From NCBI GenBank assembly GCA_945860685.1, contig CAMASJ010000002.1, positions 1 to 48,584 on the forward strand: a stretch of 48,584 nucleotides of DNA. Reading direction: 5' to 3'. A program made the position numbers and the translations under genes. This document shows, in pieces, positions 45,657 through 48,584 of this stretch. The notes under the pieces are model-generated. The model saw only the letters and a program-made list of their open reading frames with translations. It was not told the DNA's origin and ran no database searches. Positions within the stretch are counted from its first letter, which is position 1, and every line of letters begins with the position of its first letter. The DNA is from Akkermansia muciniphila (GTDB taxonomy: Bacteria; Verrucomicrobiota; Verrucomicrobiia; Limisphaerales; UBA9464).

Positions 45657-47042
45657 TCAGGCGGCGGCTTCCAGCGGCGCGTTGCCGGACACCCCCTCGA
45701 GGCTCGCGGCGAACCCGCGCATCTTGCCCGGGTTCAGCAGGCCGCGGGGATCGTACTCCTGCTTGGCCACCAGCTTGGCGTCGTCCGGCCGCCAACGCCC
45801 CGAACCCTCCAGGAAGTTCACGTGCGGGTTGGCCACGCTCACGCCGATGCCCTCGCAGAACGTGATCATCTCCCGGAGACGCTCGTCGGTGCTGTAGCGG
45901 ATGACCGGGATGGAGCCGGGGGTGACCACGTTGTCCCAACGGACGAACTCGACGTGCATCAGGAAGTCGTCGCCGAACCGCGCCTTGAGCCGACGGATCT
46001 GGCTGCGGGCCTCGGTGGCGGAGAAGCCGCACTGGAGGTAGGTCAGGGAGGGATCCCCCTTCAACGCCCACAGCGTCGTGTGGTTCCACGTGTAGTCGCT
46101 CAGCAGGGTCCCGCGACGCGGTTCCGTGTAGGGGGCCACGAAGCAGACCTCGCCGCCCCCGTTCTTCGCGGCGTCGGCCAGCCGTTGGAGCTGGTCGTCC
46201 GCCACCTCGAAGAAGGCCAGCGCACGGCCCTTCGGAACCCACTTCTGCAGCGGGGTGAAATGGGACGGCAACGGCCATTCGAAACAAGAGGTGAGGCGCT
46301 TCTTGAAGGAATCGTTCTTGGCGATCGCCTCGACGAAGTCGAACGAGGCCGGGAACTCCGGATGCGCCACCGCCAGCTGCGCCCAGTTGGTCCGCGGCGC
46401 CAGGCGCAGCTCCACCTGCACGATCACCCCGTTGGTGCCCCAGGCGTGGAGGATCCGGAAGATGTCGGGTCCCGCGAGGCGGATCTCACGGGGCTCGGCC
46501 TCCATGGTGAGGATGGTGAGCGCGTGGACCGTCCCGTTCTCGCGCAGGCCGCCCCAGGTGATGCTGCCGATGCCGCCGGAACCGCCCGCACAGAAGCCGG
46601 CGACGCCGGCCTTCACGAACGTGCTCGGATAGCAGCGCAGCTCCCAGCCGACCTGGCGCGCGGCGTTCTCGATCGAGGCCAGGCGGGCCGCCGGGTCGCA
46701 GACTGCGACGCCGTCCGGCGAGATGCCGTGGATCCTGTCCAACGCCGCCAGGTCCAGCACGATGCCGCCATGGGTCGGGATGCATTGCCCGTAGTTTCCC
46801 GTGCCGGCCCCGCGCAGGGTGAGGGGGATGCGGCGGCCGAAGGCGAACCGGATGATCGCCTTCACGTCCTCCACGTCCCGCGCCTGCACGACCACTTCGG
46901 CCAGGCGGTCCGAGAGGTCCCGTTTCAGGATGGGAGAGTACCAGTAGAAGTCGCGGCTCAGGGTCTCGAGCTGCGCGGGGGCGGTGACGATCCGTTCGGC
47001 GGGCAGGAGCTCCGCGAGTGCGACGAGGTCGGCGTTGGTCAT
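45657..47042 (-). CDS. FAD-linked oxidase (PCMH-type FAD-binding domain)
   Basis: Frame trimmed to the ATG at 47042 (MTNADLVALAELL). VVVQARDVEDVKAIIRFA, LTLRGAGTGNYG and GGIVLDLAALDRI form the FAD_binding_4 pattern. The C-terminal substrate domain ends YDPRGLLNPGK. Confidence 0.82.
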   Translation of the reverse strand: MTNADLVALAELLPAERIVTAPAQLETLSRDFYWYSPILKRDLSDRLAEVVVQARDVEDVKAIIRFAFGRRIPLTLRGAGTGNYGQCIPTHGGIVLDLAALDRIHGISPDGVAVCDPAARLASIENAARQVGWELRCYPSTFVKAGVAGFCAGGSGGIGSITWGGLRENGTVHALTILTMEAEPREIRLAGPDIFRILHAWGTNGVIVQVELRLAPRTNWAQLAVAHPEFPASFDFVEAIAKNDSFKKRLTSCFEWPLPSHFTPLQKWVPKGRALAFFEVADDQLQRLADAAKNGGGEVCFVAPYTEPRRGTLLSDYTWNHTTLWALKGDPSLTYLQCGFSATEARSQIRRLKARFGDDFLMHVEFVRWDNVVTPGSIPVIRYSTDERLREMITFCEGIGVSVANPHVNFLEGSGRWRPDDAKLVAKQEYDPRGLLNPGKMRGFAASLEGVSGNAPLEAAA

Positions 47043-47065
47043 GGACGAAAGGGGCGGACGGGGTG

Positions 47066-47623
47066 TCAGGATCCGGATGCGCGGCGCGCGGGCTTGGCCG
47101 GTTTCCCGCCACGGGACTTCTTCCACAGCGCCATCGCGGAAAGCATCCGCGGATCCTCGAACAGGGCGACGCACTCCTTGCGGAGCACCGGGCCCACGAC
47201 CTCGCAGTCCATGTCGGACTTCCGCTGGAGCGTCTTGGCGGGGACGTAGATCTGCGCGCAGTGGCGCGAGGCGTCCGAGATGGTCGATCCGAACACGACC
47301 CGGTCGATCCCGGCCCACAGTGCCATGGCCATGCACATCGGACACGGCTCGCAGGTGGTGTACAGCGTGTGGCCCTTGAGGCTGGTGGTCTTGAGCTTCT
47401 TGCAGGCGGCCCGCATCACCCGCACCTCGGCGTGGCTCGACGGGTCGTTCTCGATCCGCACGCCGTTCAGCCGACGCATCACGAGCTTCCCGGTCGACGT
47501 CTCCACCACGTCCGACGCAAACGGCGAACGCCGATCCGTCGCCAACTCGCGGTGCGCGAAGTCGGCCAGCGACTTCATGAACACCTCATCCTCGGGGGTC
47601 GGACGTTTCGGGGTCTGGGCCAT
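47066..47623 (-). CDS. CDA-fold nucleobase deaminase, guanine deaminase (GuaD)-like
   Basis: DPSSHAEVRVMRAACKKL...LYTTCEPCPMCMAMALWAGIDRVVFG carries the zinc motifs HAE and PCxxC, closest in style to B. subtilis-type GuaD. Start at the ATG at 47623, with 47653 as an alternative. Confidence 0.8.
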   Translation of the reverse strand: MAQTPKRPTPEDEVFMKSLADFAHRELATDRRSPFASDVVETSTGKLVMRRLNGVRIENDPSSHAEVRVMRAACKKLKTTSLKGHTLYTTCEPCPMCMAMALWAGIDRVVFGSTISDASRHCAQIYVPAKTLQRKSDMDCEVVGPVLRKECVALFEDPRMLSAMALWKKSRGGKPAKPARRASGS

Positions 47624-48103
47624 CCTAGGAGCAGAAAGCAGAGGATGTTCCATGGCCCCGCCTTCGGCCCATTCACCCTCCGAATGCCCGTGGACCGCCG
47701 ACCCCTGTCGCTTCTGGATCAGGGCCGTCCTGTGCCACGGGACACACGCGTGCCCAGCATGGCCAAATACCGCCACCCACCCCCGGACGCCCCTCACCGC
47801 CCCAGCGCCGAGCCGACGCTGAATCTCCTGCCTGCATCCTTCGTTCATCCAGCAATCCGCCTCATCTACAGCGCGTCGTGCCGCGGAAGGCCACTCGCCC
47901 GATTTTGCGCAGAAGCCGAGGAAAACGGGTAACCGGCGCCCGTTCTGAAACCCGGCGGGGTGAAGGTGGAAAGAATCGGTCTTCAGTAGGGCGCCGGAAC
48001 TGCCGAAGAATCCGCGGGAGGTTTGGCACGCCGGATGCCTTGGGGGCATTGCGGCGCCTGACCCCCGTCGCACTCAAACAACCCAACTAATCCGTCCGAA
48101 CTT

Positions 48104-48584
48104 ATGAAACCTCCTTTCTGGCTTCCGGGCCGTATCGGTGGCGTCGCCACCCTCGCCCTCGTCCCGTTCCTGGCCGCACAGGCACAGGAGGCCACTCCCG
48201 GATCGACCAACGTGCTCGACAAGGTGGTTGTCGAGGGCCTGCCCTTGGAGGAAACGGTCCTTCCGACCGCCCGCCCCGTCGAGTCCGTGATGGGCGACGA
48301 CCGGAGCATCCTTGATACGCCGCGGTCGGTGTCCCTGGTGACGAAGGCCCAGATGGAGGCCCGCGCCATTTCCCGCGCCACGGACTTCAACCAGTACTCG
48401 CCCGGCGTCTACACGCCCTCCCGCTACGGCCTCGCGAACGTCCCTGTCATTCGCGGCGACCTCTCTGAGATCTACCAGAATGGCCAGCGGACCATCTACA
48501 GCCGCAACTCGGTGCTCGCGAGCTTCAACGGCGTGGAGGCGATGGACATCGTCAAGGGCCCCGGCTCCGCGGTCTACGGTCCCC
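48104..48584 (+). CDS. TonB-dependent receptor, N-terminal part (runs off the window end); paralog of 1516..3840
   Basis: My own translation from the ATG at 48104: MKPPFWLPGRIGGVATLALVPFLAAQAQE...VVVEGLPLEETVLPTARPVESVMGDDRSILDTPRSVSLVTKAQME...MDIVKGPGSAVYGP. It aligns block for block with the plug of the receptor at 1516..3840. Confidence 0.88.
   Translation, partial: MKPPFWLPGRIGGVATLALVPFLAAQAQEATPGSTNVLDKVVVEGLPLEETVLPTARPVESVMGDDRSILDTPRSVSLVTKAQMEARAISRATDFNQYSPGVYTPSRYGLANVPVIRGDLSEIYQNGQRTIYSRNSVLASFNGVEAMDIVKGPGSAVYGP

Overview
This is a high-GC (roughly 65%) bacterial chromosomal window. The gene content points to the PVC superphylum, probably a Verrucomicrobiota/Opitutaceae-like genome: a PSCyt/DUF1549/DUF1553 plus DUF1501 pair, giant FG-GAP/UnbV-ASPIC proteins, and secreted NUP-family proteins. 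That placement is inference only. All calls come from reading the translated frames and recognising motifs; no search was run.

Housekeeping genes present are pyrG, rsmI, dnaE, lpxK, a P-II gene (glnB-like), dnaA and one tRNA-Met(CAT).

Accessory modules lie between them:
- (a) Left edge: a TonB-dependent receptor, a terminator, then two translationally coupled NUP (purine nucleoside permease family) paralogs. A gene for an unusual two-domain GTP cyclohydrolase II-like protein (one catalytic-looking half, one degenerate half) runs divergently.
- (b) A 1470-aa secreted fusion of a PhoD-type phosphatase and a 5'-nucleotidase.
- (c) An orphan Phd/YefM-VapB-like antitoxin ORF wedged between the DUF1553 and DUF1501 genes.
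- (d) Two overlapping ~1.2-kaa FG-GAP/ASPIC paralogs.
- (e) Right edge: a tight 7-gene minus-strand cluster. It encodes a GuaD-like deaminase, an FAD-linked oxidase, a creatininase-fold amidohydrolase, a CocE/NonD hydrolase and an ABC ATPase, permease and NMT1/SsuA-type binding protein. The binding-protein gene carries an in-frame TAG. A second, paralogous TonB-dependent receptor runs divergently behind a long structured leader.

Several intergenic regions are mosaics of 7-bp-periodic word arrays and a 29-nt dispersed repeat.

The most interesting candidate system is a TonB-dependent nucleoside/N-heterocycle scavenging and catabolism theme linking (a), (b) and (e). I saw no CRISPR array, integrase, transposase or rRNA. 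Many long ORFs in the track are antisense or out-of-frame shadows typical of high-GC DNA and were rejected.
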